Under the pieces are notes generated by a model. The model made no database searches, was not told the DNA's origin, and worked only from the letters and a program-made list of their open reading frames with translations. From NCBI GenBank assembly GCA_002633005.1, contig NMRA01000066.1, positions 828,441 through 892,440 on the forward strand: DNA of 64,000 bases, in the 5' to 3' direction. Source of the DNA: Phoronis australis. Lineage: Eukaryota; Animalia; Phoronida. Of the stretch, positions 13,951 through 28,000 are shown in pieces (position 1 is the stretch's first letter; every line of letters begins with the position of its first letter). A program made the translations under genes and the position numbers.

Positions 13951-16084
13951 GTACTATTGTAATTTCCCACGCGACACAGCTCTGTTTTCCCGTTTGACTA
14001 AAAAAATAAGACGTTTCATTATTTTTGACGCCCATTCAACTTAAGAAATAAATAGCCGTGGAGCGCTTGTGGGTGTTACGACTTCCGTTCTCCAAAACCG
14101 TTGTCGGTACTTTTTATGTGTTGCGGTGAACATTTCACCTATGCGTTTTGGCGTAGACCCAGATGTCCCGCTTTTTATCTGGGAATCCCGCTTTCAATTC
14201 AGTTGTGCCACTTTTTCATTCTCGAATATTGACAATTACAATCACAGGTGTTCAAAACACCATTGTCTCTTTGTCATAAATAGTGTTACTTTCCAGAGTC
14301 CACTTTCTTTAGTAACATAACAATTCTAAAAATGTTCTCTTATTTCTCTTGTTTAGGATAACACACACTACAATAATTGTATCACTAATTTCTACTCGCT
14401 ACTATGGAACCTTTGTAACGATCTTCCCACAGTACATTTTAGAGCTACACAATAGATGTTTGCTCGTTTTATTGCCTCCTGAATCTTTACGAAGAACTGT
14501 ATCTAACGGCTCCAAAGATCAAATTTATGTATAAAGATGTACAGTTTTTGATGAATGCCGGACTAAATTCTTTACAGCAACTATGAGGAATCCATGTTCT
14601 GAAATATTTGTCTTGATAGGGTAGAAGTCTTTTAAATCATTGAACTTATTTCCCTGCTGAATTCATTAGTCTTCTATAAACATGTCTGGTTTCTTTCCTT
14701 TTTTATTACTTTTACACTCTGATATTTTCGCATTTTGGTTTTTAGAATAAAAGTTATTTCTTAAACCTGTCGGGTATGCGAAAAGATATTATTGACGAAT
14801 TAACTTATTTGTCGCTTGCTTCTAAAAAAATACATACATCATGCTTGAACTCTGCCAAACATTTGCTAGATAACGCTGGCAAGTGGTTTGGCTGTGTTTG
14901 GAAGAATTTGACACTATTTTGCAATACTTTGCAGGGAGTCATGTGAGGAAAGCAATATTTTTCTAATAAATCGAGGAAAGTCAAAAGAAATATCTTCAGC
15001 AGATTGTGCGCTGATGAAGCTTGTTCGCTGAGATGTCCCTGCGAAAGAGAGGCCCTTCTGTAGACTAGACCATGGGTTAAAATGCACCGAACATGCAGCA
15101 TATCACATCCTCCGTCAAACATTTTTTGAAGATGTGCAACAGAATGGTTGATGCATGTTTCACCGAACTGCAGACGAAAGCAAAACCGTTTATACAAAAA
15201 AGAATAAACAGTATTTTGTTTTGCTTCCATCTGGACCAGTCTGATTTAGGGGCCCCAATGCATCTTTCAAAAGAGCACCCCTACGACATGCATACTACTT
15301 TGACAGTTGAGTCCACCGTATATTCTTCCGAAATATCATTTTGAACGCTATATAACATCATGATTGTCAGTTGTTTGCAAATTGGTTATTTGAATAACTT
15401 TATGATAAAGGGTGTTTCATTAGTGAACTAAACCGAAATCGACGCATACATGTAAATGAATTCAGAACGATGATAGTTTGTTCAAATATTCTTGAAAATA
15501 CAACTATAATCGTTTAGAACACTTAGAGTGAGTTGGAGGTTTTAGTTGAGAATCTGAGGTGAGCTACACTGATATTTGCCGCGATACAAAGAATGGCGGA
15601 AGAGGACGTTTAGCACTGAATAGTGAAATCACGAGCGCGAAGAGAGCTCCGTGGCAAATGTTAAACTTCGAGGAATGAGGAACTGATGTATTTTTAAGAC
15701 TCGGTAGCATATATAGCTTATATCTGTGACTGACGTGTGTTCTGTATAAAGTCTTGCGTTTCATAAAGTTGACGAAGAGACGTTTTTACTGAATGGACGT
15801 GTACTGTATATATGAATACAGTTATTATTATAAGTGATATATATTTATTGAAGGATACACAGAACATACAAAGAAATAATAACACACCCAGAAACCGCGA
15901 AGCATTATATCTGGGTTGTAAACAATTCATAAGTGAAACTTATATACATGTACATAGAGGTACATGTATATACAATTAAGTAGTATCTAAAATAAGTATT
16001 CCAATACTTAGACATGCTATTACAGATATATGAAAACAAAAATATGTACAGATTCATGTAGGGAAATCAGATGCAACAATATTG

Positions 16085-16290
16085 ATAAACGGTAGATAAA
16101 AATTTGCTAACGTTGATTAGGAGGAATTCGTTGAGAACGAAGTCAAGGTTAGGACTACCATTCAGTAATAATGAAACTCTAGTAGGGATATTATTACAAG
16201 AATTGAGAGCGTTAACAATTGACTGGTTATCATTGAGTGCACGAAAGAGTGAGTCGCTCAGGTATTCGAAGAGGGGAATACAGTCATGTT
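16085..16290 (-). mobile_element. 3' fragment of a non-LTR retrotransposon ORF2
   Basis: HDCIPLFEYLSDSLF...LLLNGSPNLDFVLNEFLLINVSKFL resembles the C-terminal H..C.P.(Y/F)...LL.G...L...N...V..F tail of invertebrate CR1/L2-type RT ORFs (recalled pattern). Confidence 0.45.
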
Positions 16291-17449
16291 GCGGTATGTG
16301 GGAAAAGGAAAGGGGTCGTCCTGGATTACGCATCGACATTCGAATTTCGCTGTTTTTGCCGACTTTGCCGCAATATACGCCAAGCACTTTTGTATTAACC
16401 TTGCGTTTTTCTCACCATTGGAGTTCAGTGGCAGGTTGCATGCAAAAATCCTGAAGAATGACTCGGTTAAGTTCCCTAAATCTTTTGCCTATTTGTGTCT
16501 TTCTTTACTGACAAGTGTAATCTTCTTCTGTCAATTCAGCTTCATTATGATCGTGACTAATTGTATTTTCTCATATTGTAACTGAAAGCCCTGGATACAG
16601 TGAAAATAAAAAGGGACTGAGTCCGTCAATTAGGGATATTCCATGTAAACTTTCCTATTTATTTTCGATAATATTGAGAATTCACCGTCAAGTTCACTGT
16701 CGATTTGTATCAAAGCCAAATGTGATTTTGTAATGAAACTGAAACACCATAAGGAAGGACAGTCGGTGTTTTCTCAAATCCACAAACACGCAGTAGATTT
16801 AGGGAACTTAGTTGAGTCCCTATTTGGAACTATTTCGTGCAATGGAGCACTGATGTTCATTGTTGTTGTCGTATTCTTTTCAAGTTATTCTCGGCTGCAT
16901 GACACTATTCATCCATCCATTGCCAACGAAATACTGCTGATGTGCTGTGGGCTGCAATTCCACCAGGGAAAAGTTCTGAACTTTGAATCGATTAGAATCC
17001 CCTTTTTTTAAAATACCCTTTAAATTCCAGTACTTTTGAACAGTTGAAATCGACGGTTTCCAACATGGCCTGTGAAAATGTGCCTGACATTCCAAAACGA
17101 TGCACTTTCTTTCTTACCTCCGTGACAAAGGAGAGTCCTATATGACTCATTGTAATCCGGGGCAACCCTTATGATCTTTTCAAAATCGTTGCATTGGTGT
17201 TTTTAGGTAAAACATGAAATTTTTAAGTAATATATTATAATCTAAATGTAAGACAATTATAGATGACAGGTGACAAGAAGTTTGCCAAATCTGCTCCTCT
17301 CGGGAGGTTTCTTTGCTGAGCAACAGCGGCAAGATATAGGGTAGAATATACACACGAAACACAGTAGTAAGACCCGTCCGAAGATCAACGTCAGTCGTGC
17401 CTCCGATCAGGAACATATCTGCCAATTTTCATAATGATCCTATACAGTA

Positions 17450-18451
17450 CAGCCATTGAATTGTTAGACTTCGTCCGGGCTACCTCACGCCTAGCCAGAC
17501 CGGAGCTTAACTGGAACAAAGGTGTGACAGAAATCAGTCACGGTCGTCTCACGCTTACTCTCCGGGTAGCCCTCACGCTTACCTCCTGTTTAGTTAACGC
17601 TTACCTCACGCTTTCTTCCCGCCTTCCCTGCTTTTTGTATGCCTACAATGTACATGTACTTGTGTGTCTGCAATAAAGTTGATACTGTAGTTGTTACTAG
17701 TATACTTACTATTATAGTTACTATTAGTATATCTTTAACCTGTAATATCATTAGTAGTAGCAGTAGTATTTGATAGTCTTCGCACTACTCTTTTCTGCAT
17801 GCATGCATGCTCGCATTTTACTGCCGTTCGTTAGATGATCTGGGCTTCTTGTTCATATTTCATAGCTCCACTAGGCCAGTGGTGTTTATCTAAATGCAAA
17901 GCTACTCCTTATAATAAAACATAATCTAAACCCGTATTCGTGTCACTTTCAGTGCTGTACATTTTGCCTCTATTGCTAGCGTACGTATACACGCATAACA
18001 CAAACAATTCCGTAGTCGCAAAATTATTATTTAATTGTAAGCACTAACTTGAACGAAACAATGATGATGTATTTAGTCGTAATATACTTGTTCAAGACAA
18101 ATAAACCCTCTTGGTAGTGTGTCCGGACAAACCTAAATTAAATCTTAAATGGTGTCCTAGTCAAATAGCGTACTAGTCAAGATGATTCTAGCGATGAGAA
18201 ACGAGTGAGGATAGCAATTGAAGACTGTTCCAACTGTAGACAAGGCAGGGAAACTCACGCCTGGCTCAAGGCTGGCTCGCTCTTCGTTCACGCCTAACTC
18301 AAGGTACATGTAAGCTCCGGGTACAGTCACGCTTAGGCCCACGCCAGCGGTCACGGTCGATTCACGCCTCACTCTCCGGTCTGTCTCCGGTTAAGCTCCG
18401 GTCTGGCTATTCGTGAGGTAGCCTGGACGAAGTCTAGTAATTCAGTGGCTG
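17450..18451. mobile_element. TA-flanked MITE (Tc1/mariner-like), ~1 kb
   Basis: ~65-70-bp TIR CAGCCA(T/C)TGAATT..TAGACTTCGTCC.GGCTACCTCACG..TAGCCAGACCGGAGCTTAAC at both ends; TA on both flanks. Confidence 0.8.
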
Positions 18452-19063
18452 TACTAGTTGTTTGGCAACTAGAAGAAGTGATTGCCCATAAAAACGGATT
18501 TCATAAATAATAAGAATGACTATTAGGTGACGCATAATACAACGAATCCATCCAAGATTGGAAACGTGTCATCGTCTCCTTCATGAAAATCTGTTGCTGC
18601 AAGAAGTCATGGCAATCGATGGAGAAACTGCAGAAGCAAACAAACATAAAAATGCCACCAGGGGGCACAGCGGCTGCCTTGCACGTCCAAAAGGTGTCGC
18701 CGCCCATTGCCACATTCTTAGGAAGACTTTACGGTATTCACCATCACACATCTAATTTGACTGATATAAACAATTGCTTGTCACGTCTGGTTATTTTGAG
18801 TTGCCAGGATATGAAAACCGTCAAAGGAATTTCAGGGGATTTATTGTTACCAATAACGATTGCTTTGGTGGAATAAAACGACACCAAACCATGGTTTGTC
18901 AGTGGCTTTATCATTGACCTTGTTTAACCTCCCCCCCCCCTTCGCGCAAACGCGTGGCACAATGCATCACAAGAAAATATTTTTAAAGCTAAATCTCAAA
19001 CCATACATTCATACCACACGCAGAAAGAAACTAAACGTCAACACGTGACATCAATTTACACGC

Positions 19064-22000
19064 TTAAACGCCTGCTTCGTGGTGGCGACCGTCGACTGAG
19101 CCGTACTCATTTTCCATCGACACAAAGGACTTCTTATTCGGTCTTTTACCTTTCATGTGCTGTGCGACGATGATCACCACAAATATGACGAGACCAAGAA
19201 ACGCCGTTGATCCAACTGTGATCCCGACGGCGGACGACACTCCAATGCACTTACTGTTGTCTTTGGATTCGCCGCCGACTGCTTGCAAAAGCTCCGAATC
19301 TGACGGCTCGAGTTTAACAAGCGGCAGCATTGGCACTCGCTTCCACTCTGACGTTGTTTCGTTCTTGATCCAACCCGTACCAGCTGAGCCCACAATAAAA
19401 AGCAAATTTGTTGAGTTCGGATTCTTTCTTGGCTTTCTTTCAAAGGGTGGTCTGATAACCTTGACAGACGAAAGACCGGAAAGAACATTTGCCTTTACAC
19501 AATAATCAATTTCGCAACCGTCGTCAAGATCGGCAAGATGTTGTGTGTATCCGGAAGGGCACCTATGGGGCCAGTCAGAGGCTTGCTGATTAAAGAAGGA
19601 GTACAGACTTCTTTTGTGTACCTTACTCTGCGGCATGGTGAGAACCAACGGATTGCCAGACTTGCAGCTGAAGAAACCGGCGAAAGGAATTTGATAGACA
19701 CCGCCCATTTCGACATCATCGCCGACGCACACTGTCATATCGTTTCCCAAATGAAGACCATGAAAATGGGGCGGGCAAGAGAAAGATTTCGTCAGCAAAT
19801 TGGTATGCGTAGACGTATAGACGCCACCGAACATGTACCCCGACCCCTGTTGGACGGAACCGGATGCAGCACACCAGTAACCCGTGTAAGACGCCTTGGT
19901 GCTGTAGTAATAGTTCTGGCAATCTTCGTTGCAACATTTCTTCAGCCATAAGAAACCACAGCTTCGGCATCTTCGCGCGCACTTATACTCCTTCTTGGTG
20001 GAGCCCTCAGTTCCTTCGACCAATTTCACAGGCGTGTAGTGTTGTGGACAGCTAAAGCCACCTGTCAACGGGTTCCTCTGCGAAAGTTTGGTGCACACGG
20101 AAGAATCACTTCCGGAAACCAGTGAGCAAGTCTGATAAACTCCACCTAACGAGAAGTTGGTCAGAGGGTGAGCACATGAACCGTCGTCGATGTTCGCGTC
20201 AAAACTAAAGTTGGGCGAGTCGCGCTGCGTACAACCTTTATACGTGTTAAATTTGTAGTACTGGTCCACAGCCTCTTCGACGTATTGAGCAATCTCTCTT
20301 CGGATGGGATCGGGAACGTCCGGCAGTGTGTTGTGACTGATGACGTAATATATAGGATCACCGGATCGGTCGATGGGTACCAGGTTGTTCGCCAGACCAG
20401 CCTCCCATTCGTCTATGGTGAAGTTTTTCTATACAAAAAGAAAAGTTTACATCCTGATATTAGAGTGGAAAGTTCTGTTCTAACTGTTAGAAGTAAATGC
20501 TATACTGCGTTCAGATGAGGAATTACTTTGAAAAGGTCGAAAAGACAAGTGACCAGAGGATATATCTGCCTCTTAAAACAAGCTTTCCCAAAAGCTTCTG
20601 TCTTGTGAGTAATTGCCATGCCGTAAATATGCAAAATAGCAACATTCTGGACATCACGTGAGATCACCACGGATGAACAGAACCGAATCACCAGTTGCCT
20701 TATGGGAATATACACAGTGTTTCCTCACGGTAAGAAGGCAGATATGTCTTCAGATTTCGAGGCGGCGGTCGATAAGATCACATTAGGACATTTAAGACTG
20801 CGGATCAGACATCCATGTGAACGTTGTACTATTCCTAGATTCTATTATAGTTTACATTTTTATTGTAATCAAATCACATTTCTTCCATACCCTTAAGTTA
20901 CTTGGATATTGTCAAAAATGAATTTTGAGAATATTCAAATGAACCAATGTACTGAATAGACTACGTATTTCCAAACTTAACAGACACGATTGGACAAAAT
21001 ACCGTCTAGCTACACTGATAACCTCGCATAAAGATTATAGAAGAAAATCAGAATGAAGTCTTATCAACCACTGGTGAATTACCGCTTTGAGGTATCAGAT
21101 GATTTTTTGGTTCCACTTCCCTAGGGGAAGTTCTGTGTAGCGTTACACCGGCAGGTCATAAAGACCAACTTCAAATTATGATGTATAAAATTAAGCGATT
21201 TCTTAAGCCAAAAGTTACACTCATGAGTTTCAATCTGCTTCAAGTATAGCTATAAAAAAGTGTTAATTTGATTTATTTGCCATCTCAATTTTGTGAGGAT
21301 CAAAAATTGAACAAAAGCATTCAATTCTAGCCATTGCGTAAAACGGGTTTTTCCAAGGTAAAAGTGATATTACCCAACTGCCCTCAGCATAACTTCAGTA
21401 AGTCATTGTTAAGAAAACAGATATTGCAGACAAATCAAAATAATAATAGTAATGCAAATCCATTGACAGTCACCTGAATGTTATCAGTATATCAGTTCAT
21501 TTTCAAATGAGATACCTTTCTCACAGCACATATGGGATACCTCGACAACGTGCGTGGTAATAATATTATTAGATAGTAAGTCGTGACCTGTTACATAGTA
21601 TCGTTAGCCAAACGGTTGAACGTTACGCACATAAATTACGTGCGTAAGTTAATTCTTGTTAGAGACGTAAAGTAATTATTTAGAGGCGTAAAGTAATTAT
21701 TTGCGGCGTAAAGTATTTTACGTCGCAAATAATTATTTTACGCCTCTAATAAGAATTAACGTACGTACGTAATTTACGTGCGTAACTTTCACCCATTTGG
21801 CCAACGATAATCAGCATAATAAGCCAGCGGTGAAAAACGAACTGCTGCTAATGTATAAAAATATTTTTTAAAATGCGTGCACAAAATAACTCAAAAATAT
21901 TTTCCTTGGTAAAGGGAGATCATCTTTTGATTGACGGGTGCTTTGGACGAGCGATGATCTCATATACAGTACATGTAGATGTAGAGCTACCCTTTCACAT

Positions 22001-25000
22001 ACATGTATCATACCACCGTCTTAAGCTGAAACTGGACGAATTACCTTTGATTAAACGAGCTCTCGGTGTTCTAAACGGCTAAATGTATGATGTCTTTTCT
22101 ACGATTCAACATGAAGACTGTGCAAGGGTCAAGTTCATTACCTTGATACCTGCTCCTCCGATGCTCTTCAAGTTTGACGAAGTTAGGTTTCGTGTGTACC
22201 TTGTCTTCGTCTCATGTGAAGCCGAGCTGTCGTATCCACCTCCGAGATTGATTTTGCCAAAAAAAGATGCGCTGGCCGCAGCTTTCACTTCCGTCTTCCG
22301 TAGCGAGTAGTCTGAGATGAACGTGTCTTTTACCGAGTCTTCTTGGGCGAGTATGGCGCCCACGTCAACACTGGTCGTGAAATGGGTCCCGAAATCACGC
22401 ACAAACAGCTGGGCGGTGTAGGACGCCAGTCGAGTGTTGTTTGTCTGAATGTGGGCGCCAATCTCGAGGAAACGATTTTTGCACGCCTGTGATAGTTGAG
22501 CGTCGGGTTGCGCCTTGATGGTGTAAACATGCCGTCTAATTTGCACCCGGGTAGTGGAGGATTTGTCGTTGTACTGATGTTTTTTTACCTAAATCACGAA
22601 AGGATGTTCTTTTTAAAGTGTTTTAGCAAATTAAAAAAGATAGTTTTTAATCAAAACATATTATTTGCGTGAAATTATAATTAAGGGAGAGCCATTTAAT
22701 TAAAAATGAAATCACGTCACATTGCCAAAGTCAGTTCGCCTTTTTAGTGAGACGTCATTTTGAAGGTTTTGAACTAGTCAAATAAAATTAAAATGCCATC
22801 ATTAAAAACAATAATAATCACTACGCCAGATTTAATTGATGCTGTCAATTACCAGGCACTTTCAAACTAATACCTGGCTATGAACCTGGTCAATTTTAAT
22901 CTTTCTCAGCTCCCCAGGAGCATGCAATGGGTGCAACAGTTGTCGGACCACACCAATTAACCCATACCCAAAATTTTGCTAAACAGCCACCGTGCTAACT
23001 TGAATCGGAAATATCTAATATGTACAATTTTAAGATGTAATGTCACAGTGCATTTCTATCCACATTTGATTTGAGTTTCTCGCTGTATTTTTGTCTTGGT
23101 TTCACTGTTTTTATTTCGTCATGGTCTTCAATCCCCCGTTTTCTGTTTTTGAAATTGTGCCTCATTGATTGAAACTCAAAAACTATATACAAACCGTTTC
23201 AAAAGATGAGCTATCAAAGCTATTATGTTATGGCAGTTGAGATTTACAATATCTACATGTAATATTTTACCTCTTCGCTACTGTGAGAAAACGATCCACT
23301 GATAAACGAGAAAAATGAAGCTTCTGCGTTGATGCTGCGTGACGTCATATCCGTGTACTCATTCCACCTGTCGAACACTTCCGCGTATGATTGCAAGTTT
23401 GTCTCCTTTACCGGTAAGGCAAATGTCGAATCAGGTATAAGGTATTTACCTACAAAAGATAATAAATTTAATGTAGTCGTACAGACGACACTCAATTGCG
23501 GCCTCTGGGCACTGTCCTGTGAGACTAGCACGGGCTGCGTTCCGTAGACGCTTTACATAAAATTGCAGTTGCGGCAAAAATCTTTGCTTTTGGAGTGTAA
23601 ACAATGAATTTTACCCAATAATTTATAAATCCAATCCCAAAAAACAACATTTTAACCTTCCCGATCAATCACTTCAGTGCCGCCATTTTGTTGGCATACG
23701 CTAGCGAGCTCCCGAGCGTGTTCGCGAAACACCCTCATTAAAATTGTGAAATACAGCGTATCCTAAAATGTATTCACACTTCAAATGCCAACAACTGCGC
23801 TGTTTTTTTGACTCAGGATCAAGCTTAATGGTTTAAATTCATGAAGATAGATCTGAAAACGAATCAAGTCTTTAAACATGACGAAATGCATTGTTTATTA
23901 ACCTCGGAAGAACTGTTGTAAATTAATCCTTGACGTTTTTTAGTTTCCAATAGCATTGCGCAATGAATGTTCTTGCTTGCATAAAGCGGCTCCCACTCTT
24001 ATTCTGACAGATGTAACCATATCGTAGGCCCGGTTACAGGGTCAGGTCCATGTGAACTGAATTTGAACTCCCTAGCGGCGTTGCACTGAAGTGTGAATAC
24101 AATTTTGCCACCCTGTAGACTGACTCATTGTAACAAATTGACCTATCGCCAGGACTATTGAGTGACGGCTTAACTGACCAAGACCAATCAGAACGCATCA
24201 TTCTTGACACATCTTCGTTTTCAATCCGTCATTTTACCCGACAAACAATACGTTGTCGGGTAAAACCTGTTGTTTGTTTGTGGACAGGGGGTGGAGCTTG
24301 CGATTGGTCAATTGATGTTAGGAAGTCTTCCTACTGATATCAATATGTTCCTTGTCATGGCTTGTGTTTACCATAGAAAGGATATGAGAGCTCATCTGCG
24401 ACTGATAAAAAGTTGAATCATTTGGAAGGTTTGACCAAGCCTGTCCAGTTTACATCATTTTGACCACTTGCTTTGTTAGCCAATGCCCTCAATGGTCTTT
24501 TTAGAGATGCAAATTGTTTTATACCGTGAAAGTAACATATTTTTAAACTCAAAGAGGCATGCACATGAATGTACTGTGTGTTGGTGAGGGACGTAATTTA
24601 TGATTTGTTTTGTGTGTTGATTAAGGAAGAAATGTCCCTGTACGTGCTCGTAGCCTTGGGGGTGGAATGAACACTTTCAGAAGATTTGCACCGGCATGTA
24701 TCAGATCCGCCTTCAAATGCATTGGACCAGAAACCTGGTGACGAGTGAAGAGAGGTGGTGGAGCATTGGCAACTTCTGACGACTGGGGGGAGGTACAAAC
24801 TCGGTGCCGACCGGGAGGCGGAAAATCGGTGAAATCTGAGAGTGGAGCAAAATGTCCGGACGTGTTGAGACAGAGGTACGCCAATTTTGAATTTTGCATC
24901 CCGGGTTTAAACACTTGGCTGCGGGCATATTACACAGCAAAGTTTTTTTCAAAATGCAAGCAATTGAACATACAAAGTCGGAACTAGTTTTAAATTGTCC

Positions 25001-28000
25001 TAATGAAAATGAAATGTGGTACGTGAAGCGTCCTTGTATATGACAGACTCATATTTTAAGAATGCATTAAAGAACTGGTAAAAGACTCAGCATTTCTAGA
25101 TGCTTGATTTCAGTAAGTGAGCCAAAAGATATTTATTCGGGGTCGAAGACGTTAAGCGTGGCAATTTCCAATCTGATTTTGAACAAATGTTGTGTACTCG
25201 ACCTTCGCACAATCTCTGCCATTTCCAAGCCAGCACTCACTGTCATCTGTGCACAGTAAACGGTTTACGTGCATATCTACATGTATTACCAAAGAGCGGT
25301 CGCTATTTCCGCAAACACTTTCTATATCCGCATATTCTCAGTTCCGTGTACTATATTTCTGCGTAATCACTGAAGCCAAGAAATGTGCCTTAATTTCCTA
25401 GTTATTGCACAAGGTGTGTTCCGTAGACCCAAGACCGTCGCGTGGAAAGCTACTGCGATCGCTTGTAATGTGTAGCGGTACATGTATCTCGAGAAGACTA
25501 GCATAATCTTGCGTTTTTGCGAGTTTTTACGTGTATGGAACCCAATCCAGAAGTGCTACACCACTTACCGTCTTCCGTTGTTTTGCAGGTGACGTAAGTG
25601 GGTTTCATAACTTGACCCATTTCAAGGTTTCTCAGGTTGTCCCATCCTATTCCAGGGAGAGCCTCAAATCCATAAATGCCTAAAAGAGAGAGACGATTTC
25701 TTGGTTAAATAATGCTTGTGTTCATTATGTTGGCCCAGGTACTTGTGATTACTTCTCTTGTGTTATTAACTTAGTTATTGGGAAATTATACGTGTGAGTC
25801 AGTGAGTGGCAGGTAGTTCAACAAATTATTCATAATTTGTTCATTGTGTTGAAGAGCAGTTATCTGGGTGTCAAACAAGTTTTTAATTTACTCACCAGTC
25901 GATTCAAATATCTGTGTTTTGAAGTTTATGTACTGAAAACCGGATTATTTTTTGTGACCCAGGACTTACCAATCGGCCCTCTCATATGTCCAGGCAAAAT
26001 TAAAGGACGCGCAAAGTTGAACGGGTCTTTCATCGCATGAACGCTGAAACCGGGAAATTGTTAATGAAAATTTGTGGGAAATGTTTCGAAGAAATCCTCA
26101 AAAAAGACTCGCATAGCCAGACTTATAATGTCATGACTGTAAACAAAGGTGTTTTACTCAATGTCGCTTCACAACCTGCACGTGCATATTAAATCAAGTG
26201 CAATCGTATTTAATAGAAACTGAATGTTCACTGCCTTAATTTTATCCCGGGGGGCGCACCACTATTTTTAGGACGTGGGTGCGGGGTAGGAAAATTAGGA
26301 TTACCACTCTTTTAGACAGTGGGCACAAACATTAACACTCGATCGCATGTTTCTTTGTCTCTTCCAAAGTGACCCTCTTTGCAAATCTTTAAAGCGGAAG
26401 AAGCATTCGTTGTTTGGCAATGCGTGCGACCGTAAGGGGGCGCATTTAATTTGTACCTCCTGTATGCTTCGATGGAGNACACACGGCTAAGCTTATTACA
26501 TTTACTGTATCAATGTACTCATCCTGCTAAGTTCTACAGTCCCGATAATCCTGAGGACCCTAGGCTCGCATTGTTCCCATTATTGAGGTTACATTGTTAC
26601 TCCGTCTCGATGTTGGTTTTCTTGCGCATCATAATACGGGCGTAAACCCAAGTGCGCCGACACGAAAAAGTACACTTATTTTTTAGAAGATCAAATGTTC
26701 CATCACTAATGTCACTGTTTTGGTTGAGTCTAGGACAAATGGAAGCTTATGAATATTCGGACGAAGTAGTTTTGTAGATAATCGAGTGAAACCACACATT
26801 TTTTGCTTTCGACCCCATTCATCTTCGACATGTTTTCTGTAGAAAAAGAGGAAACATTAATTAATCGAACCAAGGGAATAAAGGGCGGGAAAACATCAAG
26901 ACAGAGAAGTTTTGAGCCCAGTAATGGGGATCATATGTCTGCGGGAAAATCGGTTCGGAAAAGAGAGATGGGGTTGGGCCAGAGTACACTGCTACGGTCT
27001 GGTGTAAATTCAACTAGCTAATTGGAAGCCAAGCCAAATCTGCTACATAACATTCCCCGTAAAACACACTCGTTTTACAAGTCAGGAAAATTATTTTTAA
27101 AAACGTTTATATATACCTATTCTTTCATGCGATTATAAACCTGCTACATACAAAATGCTTATGATCCTCCGCATCAGCTTCTACTTCAGGTCAGTGGCAA
27201 AAATAATTTTCATCGTTGGATATGCTATAAGAGAAATCTAAATTGGGGTGGCTCTTTTGACGAATGTAATACATGTACTTCAGTGCCCTCTGCCACCGTA
27301 CTTTCTTATTATTCTCTGGATCTAGGTCACCACCTTTGACCTATTAGTAATTCTTAAGGTTATGTAGCGCGCTGTAAAATGGCCAACTTCCGAACATCAT
27401 ATCTACCAAACGGCTGATTGGATTCATGTGAAACTGTATACGGTATGCTGTGTGCACTGTTTTCAAAATGTTTATCAGAAATGGGACCTTTGTAATTTTA
27501 ATGAAAAATTTATAAAGTTGCATAAAACGAAAATATTTTAGAAAACTGTAACAGCGTTTTCGAAATCTTACCTTGAACATTTGTATCTAGTAAAATTTGA
27601 TCGTCGTTTTGCTATCATTGTACCTCTTTTGCTAAATCTTTCCAAGACATGGTCACGTGACCCAAGTAATAAGAGATGGACAAACAGTCAAAAACTCCTT
27701 CTACAGGCTTTCTACTTTCATACAATGAATACAGTTTTAAAATCTCTAGCTTTTTTGGATATTTTGTTAAATGCGCAGAATTGTACATAAGCAATTACAT
27801 GACCTTGACCAGCAAACTATACGTATTTTTCCAACTTTATTTATAGGCAGTCTGCTTACGTACACGCAACCTCGTGACTTCCATCATCAGACATCCGTGA
27901 GTCATTAACTTTGGCTTTTTCACTGCGCCATGCATAATCTTGTTATTTTGTGTGATACGATTTACGATATTTAGTCTAGTGACTGCACATTGATCACGGT

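Noticed and set aside
24598-24987. GC-richer block with overlapping ORFs in MPEG1-B intron 2
   Set aside because: No family recognised; probably a decayed repeat.
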